From: Thermoplasmata archaeon
GTDB taxonomy: Archaea > Thermoplasmatota > Thermoplasmata > RBG-16-68-12 > JAFNFQ01
Reading direction: 5' to 3'
DNA length: 64,000 nt
NCBI GenBank assembly: GCA_041489255.1
Contig: JBGPQV010000006.1
Location: forward strand, 32,001-96,000
Below, one piece after another: positions 8,062 to 17,100 of the stretch (the stretch's first letter is position 1; every line of letters starts with the position of its first letter). The notes under the pieces are model-generated. The model was not told the DNA's origin. It did no database searches and worked only from the letters and a program-made list of their open reading frames with translations. Made by a program: the position numbers and the translations under genes.

Positions 8062-8355
8062 TTACGGGGCAACCGACGACTTGCACTCCATACACTTGAA
8101 CCCATTGGGGACCACGCCGACCTCGGGCAGGACGACGTCGAACTCCTCGGCGTCGTGCTCCTCGTCCGGGCCGTCGAATCCGAACCATCGCATCCACGTG
8201 TGGCAATCCCCACAGTGATACAGCGACTGGTTGTGGTCAAGCACCTGGACCGGAGACATCTCCTTTCCGCAGCGCGGGCATTGATGCCCCTGGTCGCGCC
8301 ACCTCTCCCAATCCATGGGAACAAGCACGGGGACTATGTATTTCGATTCCGGCAT
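8062..8355 (-). CDS. Small Cys-rich Zn-binding protein (CPRC, CGDC, CMEC)
   Basis: Three CxxC pairs; ATG after motif copy 8358-8371. Confidence 0.75.
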   Translation of the reverse strand: MPESKYIVPVLVPMDWERWRDQGHQCPRCGKEMSPVQVLDHNQSLYHCGDCHTWMRWFGFDGPDEEHDAEEFDVVLPEVGVVPNGFKCMECKSSVAP

Positions 8356-8376
8356 TACACCACCCGAAAAAGGGAC

Positions 8377-8673
8377 TCAGGGAGCACCTTTCGCCTCTTC
8401 GGCCAGATCGACCTTGAGAACCCTGGCGCTGTTCACCTGCATCATCAGGCCGTAGTCATCGCACGTGACGTCGCCTGTTACCTCGACCGGCTGGGCCACG
8501 AGCATGTCCGCGAGCTGGTCCCTGATGACTTCCTGGTTGTCCTTCGACTCCGCCACGCAGGCGTCCAGCGTCTTCTTGAGAAGTCCCTCGGTCAGCTGCC
8601 TGTTGAAGATGGCGACCATCGCTCCGCTGCCGTCATCGACGACTGCTTTGACGCGAAGATCCGGCTCTGCATT
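8377..8673 (-). pseudogene. rpa: Fragment of archaeal replication protein A (C-terminal OB fold)
   Basis: EPDLRVKAVVDDGSGAMVAIFNRQLTE...VTGDVTCDDYGLMM resembles the euryarchaeal RPA C-terminal region. The N-terminal OB folds and Zn finger are absent. Confidence 0.75.
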
Positions 8674-8800
8674 CGATCCTATTGAGGCTGGACCTTTCTC
8701 ACGCCAACTCAATCGGCGGAGGTGACCCTCGGCGGATCGACTAGCATTGATTCGAGCTGTAGGGTCTATCTTTAAGTGGTGCGCGGAATTTCCATAGAAC

Positions 8801-9310
8801 GTGGAGAAGTACGTCTTTCGCAAATACGACGCCCGATATAGGACATTCTTTGAGATGGAAAAGGCAAAGCTCGCGGACATCCTCCGGGCGGCGATCATCG
8901 AACATGTCGGAAGCACTGCTGTTCCTGGATTGGGAGGAAAGGGAATCCTCGACATTGCGCTCGCCGTTCCCAAGAAAGGGCTGCAATCCGCCGAGAGAGC
9001 GCTGCGGGAGGCAGGTTACGAATTCCGGGCAAAGGCGAGCACTCCAGAACGATTGTTCTTCAGGAGAGACTATGCAGAGGGACGGAAAGTCAGACGGGTC
9101 CACCTCCACCTTATGCGCCTCGGCAGTCGGGACTTGAAGGAGCAAATCGCCTTCCGCGACTTCCTTATGGACCATCCGGACAGTGCACGCCGGTACGCGG
9201 AGGTCAAAAAGGAGGCGGCGAAAATGTCGAAGGGAGACGGTGATTTTTACAATGCCTACAAGAAACGCTTCATCGAAGATGCAATTGAACTGGCTCTTGC
9301 GGAGCGATGA
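8801..9310 (+). CDS. GrpB/UPF0157 nucleotidyltransferase-fold protein
   Basis: IEHVGSTAVPGLGGKGILDI, VHLHL, FRDFL, Y..VK, Y...K..FI. Confidence 0.9.
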   Translation: MEKYVFRKYDARYRTFFEMEKAKLADILRAAIIEHVGSTAVPGLGGKGILDIALAVPKKGLQSAERALREAGYEFRAKASTPERLFFRRDYAEGRKVRRVHLHLMRLGSRDLKEQIAFRDFLMDHPDSARRYAEVKKEAAKMSKGDGDFYNAYKKRFIEDAIELALAER

Positions 9311-9437
9311 CTCTACGATTCAGTTCGAAGGAGGGCTGCACCTGTCGATGGTCGCTGTACCGACTGCGTCGTGCGCTCCCATGTCTGAGCAAGCCATCAT
9401 GTCAGTCGTCTTGGCGGCGATATGGGGCGACAGGTTA

Positions 9438-10577
9438 ATGTCGGCCACATCTAATCTGGGCTCCCGAGGCGATTCTTTGGGCCGCTACCATGTTAGGTGG
9501 ATAATTGATCCGGCGGTGCGAATCGAAGACGATTTTTCCATCGGATTCGAGGACGATGGCCGCACGATATTGACACATGTGACAGATACAACCGCAGCTC
9601 TGTCCGAAAGGGCCACCGTGTCCCCCGTCATCTCGGTAGACATGCAGCTTGACGCGAATACCCTTTCTGAGGCACTTCACGCAACGTATCGACCGGCGAG
9701 TTCCGTGGCTGGTATCCTATCCGTCATGTCGTGCACAGGTTTGCCCCCAATTGCACTCGCCTCCGCATTTGACTTCTCGGAGAACAAAACGGAACACGAC
9801 TTCATTCAGGTCGTTCAACTGCCCAGGACACGGGGAAGTGTCAGAACAGTATCGATGCGAACGTTTGAACAACTCAACAAAAGACTTGGCGCGCTCGATG
9901 AGAAGCAGCAGGGATGCGTATGGCGAGCCTTCAGGTGGGCGTCTCATGCAAACGAGGAGCGCAATTACCTATTCCGGTTCCTCGCTAACTGGTTTGTCCT
10001 TGAGTCCTTGGAAGAAATGCTCGCGTGTCGCATGGGTGTCTCTGGCAAGACGAAGGACAAGAACACTCCGAAAACGCCCGGAGTCGAAGCATTTATTCAA
10101 TCACAGCAAGGTCTCCCAGTAGGGTTCTATGATGTCATCAGAAGAATCCGCAACAAGATAGTCCACGGTTCCGGGAAGCTGGGTTTACTGGGGGACGACG
10201 TCAAACGTATCAATCCCTCGTTCTCCGCGGTCGCGTACCGGGCAATCGCCTTCGTTGCGAGTTGGGTTGTCCCAGCTGAAATGCCTGCCCCCACCGAGTG
10301 GTCATCGTTCCCGAAGAGGCTCTCCCTTCGCACGCGCGTCTACTCCAAAGAGCCAGGATACTTCGGACGAGGGCAGGAGTTGCCGCACTTCAATCCGAAC
10401 CGAATAATCCGCGCGGCCGCCCAGATACGCGGTGAAGGCATGATCGTCCTCCCGAGTGCCTCGGCATTCGAGCCGTTGATGGCTGAAGGTGTCACATTTG
10501 GCCCCGCAGCCTTAACAGTCCACAGCGCCGAGGTGGACTTCGCGGATGTCGATGTCACTTTCCATGGCGCAGGTTGA
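9438..10577 (+). CDS. HEPN-domain protein (ApeA/MauJ-like), putative RNase
   Basis: AFRW....RFLANWFVLESL helix and RNKIVH (Rx4H) motif. Start uncertain (9348 or 9438). Confidence 0.7.
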   Translation: MSATSNLGSRGDSLGRYHVRWIIDPAVRIEDDFSIGFEDDGRTILTHVTDTTAALSERATVSPVISVDMQLDANTLSEALHATYRPASSVAGILSVMSCTGLPPIALASAFDFSENKTEHDFIQVVQLPRTRGSVRTVSMRTFEQLNKRLGALDEKQQGCVWRAFRWASHANEERNYLFRFLANWFVLESLEEMLACRMGVSGKTKDKNTPKTPGVEAFIQSQQGLPVGFYDVIRRIRNKIVHGSGKLGLLGDDVKRINPSFSAVAYRAIAFVASWVVPAEMPAPTEWSSFPKRLSLRTRVYSKEPGYFGRGQELPHFNPNRIIRAAAQIRGEGMIVLPSASAFEPLMAEGVTFGPAALTVHSAEVDFADVDVTFHGAG

Positions 10578-10761
10578 GGGCACCAACGAGAAATTGATCG
10601 TGGTGCCCGGTGCAGTGCAGCGACATTCGCTGAGACGTCCGCTGGAACAGCGTAGGGTATGTCCGTGGGGAAACCCTGCTCGTCATGGCACAGAAGGTCA
10701 TCAACGTCTCCTCATCACCATCTAGTGCTGGGTTCCCATGGTCTTCGCGGGCACTCGCATG

Positions 10762-11019
10762 TCAAAGGTTCATGCCTCTCGCCTTCGACAGGAATATCCA
10801 TCCAAATCCAGCTATCAGCACTATCAGTGTGAGCAAGGGCATTGCGATGAGATACCCAGGCAGATGGCCAGTAGAGGCCAAGATTCCGCTTCCTATGACC
10901 AGGAGAAGGAGAACTCGAAGGCCGTACTTGAAGGTCCCGAACCACTCTCCTCCGAGGCTCATCTTCGTGGCTCTCGACGCGCTGGTCGACATGCTAGTCA
11001 TTGTCCTTGACACCACCAT
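10762..11019 (-). CDS. Small two-TM membrane protein
   Basis: Two hydrophobic stretches in track ORF. Confidence 0.45.
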   Translation of the reverse strand: MVVSRTMTSMSTSASRATKMSLGGEWFGTFKYGLRVLLLLVIGSGILASTGHLPGYLIAMPLLTLIVLIAGFGWIFLSKARGMNL

Positions 11020-11686
11020 TGTGTCCCTTAGACGCGGTTCTCCTCCTCGTGACGCACTTGGTCCGTCCAGTCAGCTGTCTGACCTGATTCTCGGGTCGAG
11101 CCGACCCTCCACCATGATGCTTGTCAGCATCGCTCCTCGCCAGCGCCCTTCTTATTTCCGTCGCCGTGGTTTCACACATTGCAGCTATTGCATCAAGGGC
11201 ATCGAGCGCCTTTTCAGCGACCAGTCTGGCGTCCCGCGGTTCGTCTGTGGGCGTCTCATCTGCTGATGCACTGTCTCCAGGTTCGTTGTCAGTCGAGAAT
11301 CGGGAAGAGATTCGGGCCCGTGTCGCTTCCCCCTCCGCGCGCTCTGAGTCACCCCTCCAGTCACCACCAAAATCGCTCACCAAACCAGATCTGAGTTGAA
11401 ACCTTGCCCTGAGTCTACCGTTCTCGAAGAAGATGTAGGCGTTGCGGAGATTGGACTCGTAGCGAGTTACCGATCCCTCAGCAGATTCCGTTCTGATGCT
11501 CGTCAGGAGGCCGACGTCGAGTAGAGTCTGCGTCCGCCTATAGCACACCGCAACGGGGATCTTGTAGACTCTGGCTATCTCTTGGACCGTCATAGGCCGC
11601 TTGGATGTGGATATCAATATCTTTGCTGAATACTCGTCCGTAACCAGCCTTGATGCCTCCAGAGGTCCCAACGTTGGTCTGTCCAT
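10994..11686 (-). CDS. Archaeal winged-helix (ArsR-like) transcriptional regulator with C-terminal extension
   Basis: LVTDEYSAKILIST..PMTVQEIARVYKIPVAVCYRR...LLDVGLL. The C-terminal half is unassigned. Confidence 0.75.
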   Translation of the reverse strand: MDRPTLGPLEASRLVTDEYSAKILISTSKRPMTVQEIARVYKIPVAVCYRRTQTLLDVGLLTSIRTESAEGSVTRYESNLRNAYIFFENGRLRARFQLRSGLVSDFGGDWRGDSERAEGEATRARISSRFSTDNEPGDSASADETPTDEPRDARLVAEKALDALDAIAAMCETTATEIRRALARSDADKHHGGGSARPENQVRQLTGRTKCVTRRRTASKGHNGGVKDND

Positions 11687-12599
11687 GACTTCAGGCCTTG
11701 CGTATTGATGTGCCTACCCGCTAATAAAGATTGCTGTTATCTCACTAGATAATCGTCAAACATGACATTGCCAGAGATTGGCTGTTTCCATCATTATAAA
11801 TCCGTACAAAGAAGTCGATATCCGCCTTATCTATTCAGATAATAGATAACCAAGAACCCAGTTGCTGTGTTGAACCGATTGATGGCGGGAGCTCGGCATA
11901 GTAGCCCGCCTCTTCAGCAAGGATGGAATGCGTGCCGAGCGAGGGTGAAAGGTACCTCAAGGACAAGAGGAATTCACCCGGGTACAGCGAACGGTTCGTT
12001 CAGCAGGGGGAACTGCACCTCAGCCTCGGCTGGCCGGACTCGCTGGACGATGAATCAGGGGCAACAAACGATGGGAAGACGGGGCCTATATTGCTTCCTC
12101 GAAGGCATGATTCTCTTCCTCGCCACAGTCAGGCGGATCCTAAGGATGCAGTACAAGCAGTTGGAAAGGTCCTCCATGGCTTTTCAAGGATTGTGGGCAA
12201 GGTCAAGCTTTTAGACTATACGACTCTCGGGTGGTGGATGGCAGGCATGGAGCTAGAAGTCTCCATGATATGAGGCAATGCCCATTCGTGAACGCCTTCA
12301 ACTCCTCCGGTACAAAGGTCACTGATAAGGGCGAGTGGACGATGGAGAAACAGCAGCAGGCTAAACGGCGTGGAAATAGCTATCCTCCTCATGTTGCAAG
12401 AACCGCCAACTGCCAGCCTGATAGATAGAACCTAGGCGGTCCTATCTGTCTGGCTTCTTGCATCACATTGATGACAGTTGGCAGACCGACCTATGACACT
12501 CTGAATCGAAGCACTCGATGTTGAGCGATAACTGGCCGGTCACCAAGAGAGGATGCTGGCGATGGAGATGACATTAAGAGAACTGCTTGTTCTCGTCTT

Positions 12600-12893
12600 T
12601 CATGCGGTCTTCGGCTCCCGACGTCTCAGAAGCAGCAATCCTTGAAAGAGTGCTCCGAAAGCAAGAGTCATGACAATCTCGAAGAGAACGAAGAAGCTGT
12701 AACTGTTCCATGGAGCTGGCATCGGATGGCCCGACAAAGGCGCCAACAAGAAACCGTAGAAGGCTAGGACAATCAGCGCGAGAACCACCGCTGTGGCGAC
12801 GATAAGTGTCACGGTTTTTGCGAGTCGGCGAGTCTCTTGGGCAGAACTGTTACTTCCAGACGAACCTTCGTTAGACTCGGTACTCTCTTCCAT
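12600..12893 (-). CDS. Small two-TM membrane protein
   Basis: Two clear TM helices; ATG start. Confidence 0.65.
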   Translation of the reverse strand: MEESTESNEGSSGSNSSAQETRRLAKTVTLIVATAVVLALIVLAFYGFLLAPLSGHPMPAPWNSYSFFVLFEIVMTLAFGALFQGLLLLRRREPKTA

Positions 12894-13110
12894 GGTCTGA
12901 CCTAGGCTCCGCTCCGTCTGACACGATACCTGGTTCAGGGATATAGATTCTTTCGAACAGGCAAGGTTACTGCTTTAGGGGGAGATTCCTCATCTGGCCA
13001 GTCTGGCAGGAGTAATCATCTTTGTTCGCGCCGTGGACAGTTGAGTAGGTCGGTTTCATCGCCTCAAGAAGCCTTTTCGCCTTAGGATAGCTTCTCCGCC
13101 ATGAGCAGCA

Positions 13111-13226
13111 GTCACCTTGTACCCGTACACCTCCTGGCCGTCGGATGCCCCGTCACCGTCGCAGTCGTACGCCGATGGGTTGGTCCCCTCGCCCCTCTCC
13201 CCGTGGAACTTCGCCTGGTTGGAGGG
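13111..13226 (-). repeat. Orphan duplicate of an internal segment (15615-15730) of the giant protein gene
   Basis: 116-bp ungapped match with 20 mismatches by hand count. Peptide QAKFHGERG..TNP..YDCDGDGASDGQEVYGYKVT is conserved. Confidence 0.9.
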
Positions 13227-13676
13227 ACCGCTTCGTGACACCAAGAACAGTGCGAATGTGACGGGCAGCCCCAACCAAGGAGCTAGCCTCCATTATGTGG
13301 CATGTTGTGTGTGCTGTCTCTTCCCGATAACCACGCTTGCCACGCCTCCATCGAGGAATCGCCCACTCTTCATCCTGAAAATGGCGAATTGTGCACGCAG
13401 AGATGTCTGTCACTAAGCAGGCTCCAAACCACTTGTCTCCATGATTCCTTCAATAAACGTTTCAGCAGCTGACGAGAAGGTTCCCGAGGCACGATTCCTG
13501 TTTGTCTGTTATCAGCCATCCCGCTCGCCGCGTGCTCAAGATCAAGAAGGCGAATCAAGAGCTATTCGAATAGACCTTCAGCCAAAAAGCAATACCAGAC
13601 GCCTGAGTGCATTGCGTCGCCCCTGATAGGGTATGCCGTTGGTTGTGATTTTTCCGACACAATAAGTCAACCGAGA

Positions 13677-14159
13677 CTATACCTCTTTCTTGGCGTAAGG
13701 GATCTTGAGTCGAACCAGTTCCTTCTCAACTTCCTTGCACACAAGTTCGCCAGAGTAGAAACGAACAAATGAGCGACGTCTGCCGGGCCTGTAGAACTGC
13801 ATGGTGCAGATGGCCGCAGTGAGAAAAGGATTGGCTTCCATGTGGAAAACTCGAACCCTCGACACATTGTTCCACGCCACGATGACAGGCTGAGTCCGGC
13901 GGCGATAAGACAGCTTCACCCCTTCACCTCCTATCCTCACGCTGGACGGAAATGTAGTCGCGACCCAAAAGTCTACTCCCAGGAAGCCTAGAGCCGCCAA
14001 AGGGAGAACCATGAGGAGAAGGCCGGGGTAGTTCAGCATAAACGTGAGCACCACGCCAAGTCCGACCGCTGGAACCACAAACGCGACAATAAGGACCTGG
14101 GCGCCTTTCCGCGTGAGACGAGATGTCCTCATCTGGTCACCGTCCATCATGTGCTCCAC
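13677..14159 (-). CDS. Two-TM membrane protein with PH-like beta-rich C-terminus
   Basis: Immediately downstream of and co-oriented with the giant gene; two TM helices followed by beta-strand-like sequence. Confidence 0.7.
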   Translation of the reverse strand: MEHMMDGDQMRTSRLTRKGAQVLIVAFVVPAVGLGVVLTFMLNYPGLLLMVLPLAALGFLGVDFWVATTFPSSVRIGGEGVKLSYRRRTQPVIVAWNNVSRVRVFHMEANPFLTAAICTMQFYRPGRRRSFVRFYSGELVCKEVEKELVRLKIPYAKKEV

Positions 14160-14197
14160 GTCGTTCCCTTTTTCCGAGCCGTTGATTGTCGAACCCC

Positions 14198-17100
14198 CTA
14201 CGAGAAGATGTTTAGGACAAGTGCTCCCACGCCGAAACCAACACCGATTCCACCCACGAGTTTCGCGCCGGGGTTACTCGCCGCGAGACACAATGCATCG
14301 AGTCCGGTTCCAGTCAAATCCAGACCCAGTCCCGTCATTCCATAGTTTCGCCGTTCCTCCTCAGTATATTGCGGATTTGTGGCCATGGCGCTAAAGACAA
14401 CTGAGACCATCGTTATGACGATGCCTGCTGCCCCAATCACGCCGACCTCCTTCCCCGCCACCGCTCCGAGAATGGCATAGATCATCGAGATTACGCCGAA
14501 GATTACGCCGTACATAAAAACAGCGAAGTATGGTGGTGGCTCCCACCAACCCCTAGAACCGTAGATATCAAGGGCCAAGCTCTGGTCGTTGGTGTTGTCA
14601 AAACGACCATCGTCGTTACCCCCCATAGCCACCGCTATGACGGATGAAATAAGCCCTGCGATCAGACCGATGATGACGTCGAACACGAAGCTGAACGCAA
14701 ACAGGACATAAAGAATGGCACTCACCAACATGGTTATTCCCGAGATCACAGCCACCATCGTCATGAACTCATTCGACATCAATGCTTTGATCACGAGAGA
14801 CACTGCCAGCGCGACATTCGATTCAACGAAAGGTGGTGAATGTCTCTTGAAAACCTGTTCGACTGCGCCGACCACATTGGCCGTCCAGGCATTGAGAGCA
14901 TTTGCTACCGGGCTGAATAGGAATTCAGCCGTTGCTCTAAAAGCATTCACTATCAGGTCCACCAAGAAGCTCAGCGCCTTCGCAATCAGGTCGACGAACG
15001 CCGCCGCCACGCTCCCGAACCATCTGACGAGGTCGCCTATGAATACGAGAGGGCCCCTCTTCTCCTGCTCCCAGGGCGGGTTCATTGCGTTCCCAGAGAT
15101 GTCCCTGGCGTCGACCCTCACAATGTACTTGTCGAGCGTGTCGGTCCAGTAGTCTATGTCTATCTCTGCTGTGAACCATTGATCCCCGGTTCCTGAGAAG
15201 GACGCGGACCGCCAGTTGTCGGTCACAGTCACCATTACGGTGTAAGCGGCAACGTCTAAGACGCGGACCCTCACCTCCGTCCAGGAGCGGCATACCTGCC
15301 ACAGGACGCACCAGCCCCACGTCTCGCGACTCTCGACGTAAGCCTCCAGGAGGAGAGGAGGTATCGTCTCGCGGATGAACGGGTTGAACTGGTCCTTTAT
15401 CATCGACTCGTTCCTCCCGTGGTAGTAGTTGTAGAACTGCCTTGCAGGCGAGCCCACGGTGGCGTTGACCGGGTCTATCTCGTCCCTGTCGAATATGCCG
15501 TCCTCGTCGAGGTCGAGTAGCGTCGCGTTGTCGGGAGCGCTGTACTTGCCCCACGGATGCCCTTTCACGACGAGCTCCTTGGACTTGAGGTTCGTCCCTT
15601 CGTACCACGTGACCGTCACCTTGTACCCGTACACCTCCTGCCCGTCCGAGGCACCGTCACCGTCGCAGTCGTAAACGAGGGGGTTCGTATTCCATCCCCT
15701 CTCGCCGTGGAACTTCGCCTGGCTGGATGGCTGCTCTTCGTAAGGAATCCCCTTGCCGATCCAGGCGGTGAACAGGGGACTGTAGATGCTCATCGTCATG
15801 GTCTCTCCATCTATCAATCCATCCCCGTCCGTGTCTGGGCTGGCGACGGCGGTGCCGTTGACCAGTTCGCCGTAGTTGCTCTCCCCGTCGCTGTCGAAGT
15901 CGCCGTAACGGCCTTGGGCCCCGTTGCTCTCGGCGTACCAGTCCATGCTCCAGTTGGCGAGGCGGAAGTAGTGGCGGGTGCCGGAGTGGAGTGGGTCGAG
16001 ACCCTGTGAGTACTCCCATCCGTCCTCAAAGCTATCCCCGTCCGTGTCGCTCTGATTCGGGTTCGTCTTCAGGTAGAACTCCTCTCCAGTCGTCAGCTCA
16101 TCTTCATCGAGGTCACCATCGGGGCCTTGGTCCTTGTCCACAGTGCCGTTGTCCGTGGGATCCATCCCATACCGAACCTCGTATCCGTCTGGCAGACCGT
16201 CGTCATCGGTGTCGGCATCGGTCTGATTGCTGGCACCATCTGGTGCGTCCAGTTCTCCCCTAAACCATTCTCCGAAGTAGACTATGCCGCCAGCACGGAA
16301 CTTCTCGAACAGGGGACCAGATGTCAAGTGAATGTCTTCGCCGTCAAGTAGCCCGTCGTGGTCCGTGTCGAAGTCGAGCGGGTCTGTCTTGGCGGTGCCG
16401 TTGGCCTCTGCCCCGTCCTGCAGTCCGTCGCCGTCAGTGTCGCTGAGCAGCCTGTTGGTCCTGAAGCTGGTCTCACCCAGGAACCGCCATTTGTTCTCTC
16501 CCGCGCTGACGCGCAAGACGCTGTTGTTCATCATCATCCAGTAGCCGTCCGATCCTTCTTCGTAGACGATGCTGTACCCGTCGGACAGCCCGTCGTTGTC
16601 CGTGTCGGGATCGTAGTACAACGTGCCCAGCTTTCTCTCCCACCCGTCAAGCAGTCCATCGTAATCGCCGTCAGCCACCAACGGGTCCGGGTCCAAGGAA
16701 TCGATGCTCTGGTCGTTGTCTGTGTCGATGTCAACAGGCGAGGTCTGCTGCATCCCGGACTTGCTCGTGTTCAAATCCGTGGTGAGTTCCCTCCAGTCGG
16801 ACCAGTCATCGTTGTCGGAGTCGGGGCGGATTGACGAGGTGTTGCTCGCATACCTCTCCGCGAAGTCGGTCAGATTATCGCCGTCGGTGTCCCTGTCTCT
16901 CGGGTCGCTGACGTACGGCCAGAGGTCTATCTTGAGATTCCGAAGAGTGAGCTTCCCCGCACTCTCGGTGCTGAATCTGAGCGTGAGCAGACCCGAAGGG
17001 TGCATGAACAGTTCGGAGTTCAGCTTACCGGCAAGATCTAACGTGGTATCGGTGCTGCTGAACTCGCCGTCTTGCCACCACCATGAGGAGTTCGTATCGT

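Larger units (their letters stand above)
185..8371 (-). repeat. 16 dispersed copies of start-associated motif TTTTTCGGGTG(G)TG, usually preceded by a GC hairpin
   Basis: Copies at about 185-197, 662-672, 892-905, 1724-1735, 1822-1835, 2598-2611, 2995-3008, 3104-3116 (+ strand), 3322-3335, 4837-4849, 6044-6054, 6228-6241, 7233-7246, 7496-7508, 8042-8054 and 8358-8371. All but the 1822 copy sit a few nt before a start codon. Confidence 0.95.
1..8376 (-). mobile_element. Provirus/plasmid-like integrated element (right part; left end outside window)
   Basis: Co-oriented, tightly packed genes typical of viral early regions (Ku, small ligase, MoxR/VWA, small Zn-finger ORFs). An element-specific intergenic motif is not seen intact elsewhere in the window. 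The region ends at a truncated rpa fragment. No integrase or capsid gene is visible. Confidence 0.75.

Noticed and set aside
185-8371. Interpreting the 16 motif copies as a CRISPR array
   Set aside because: The repeat is only about 14 nt, spacing is irregular (about 100-1500 bp), the intervening sequences are whole genes, and no cas genes are present.
12227-12236. TCGGGTGGTG on the + strand resembling the array motif
   Set aside because: Lacks the T-tract and hairpin, is isolated and lies outside the element; a chance match is likely.
11867-12428. Short overlapping + strand ORFs
   Set aside because: No motif or consistent frame; I cannot tell which, if any, is real.
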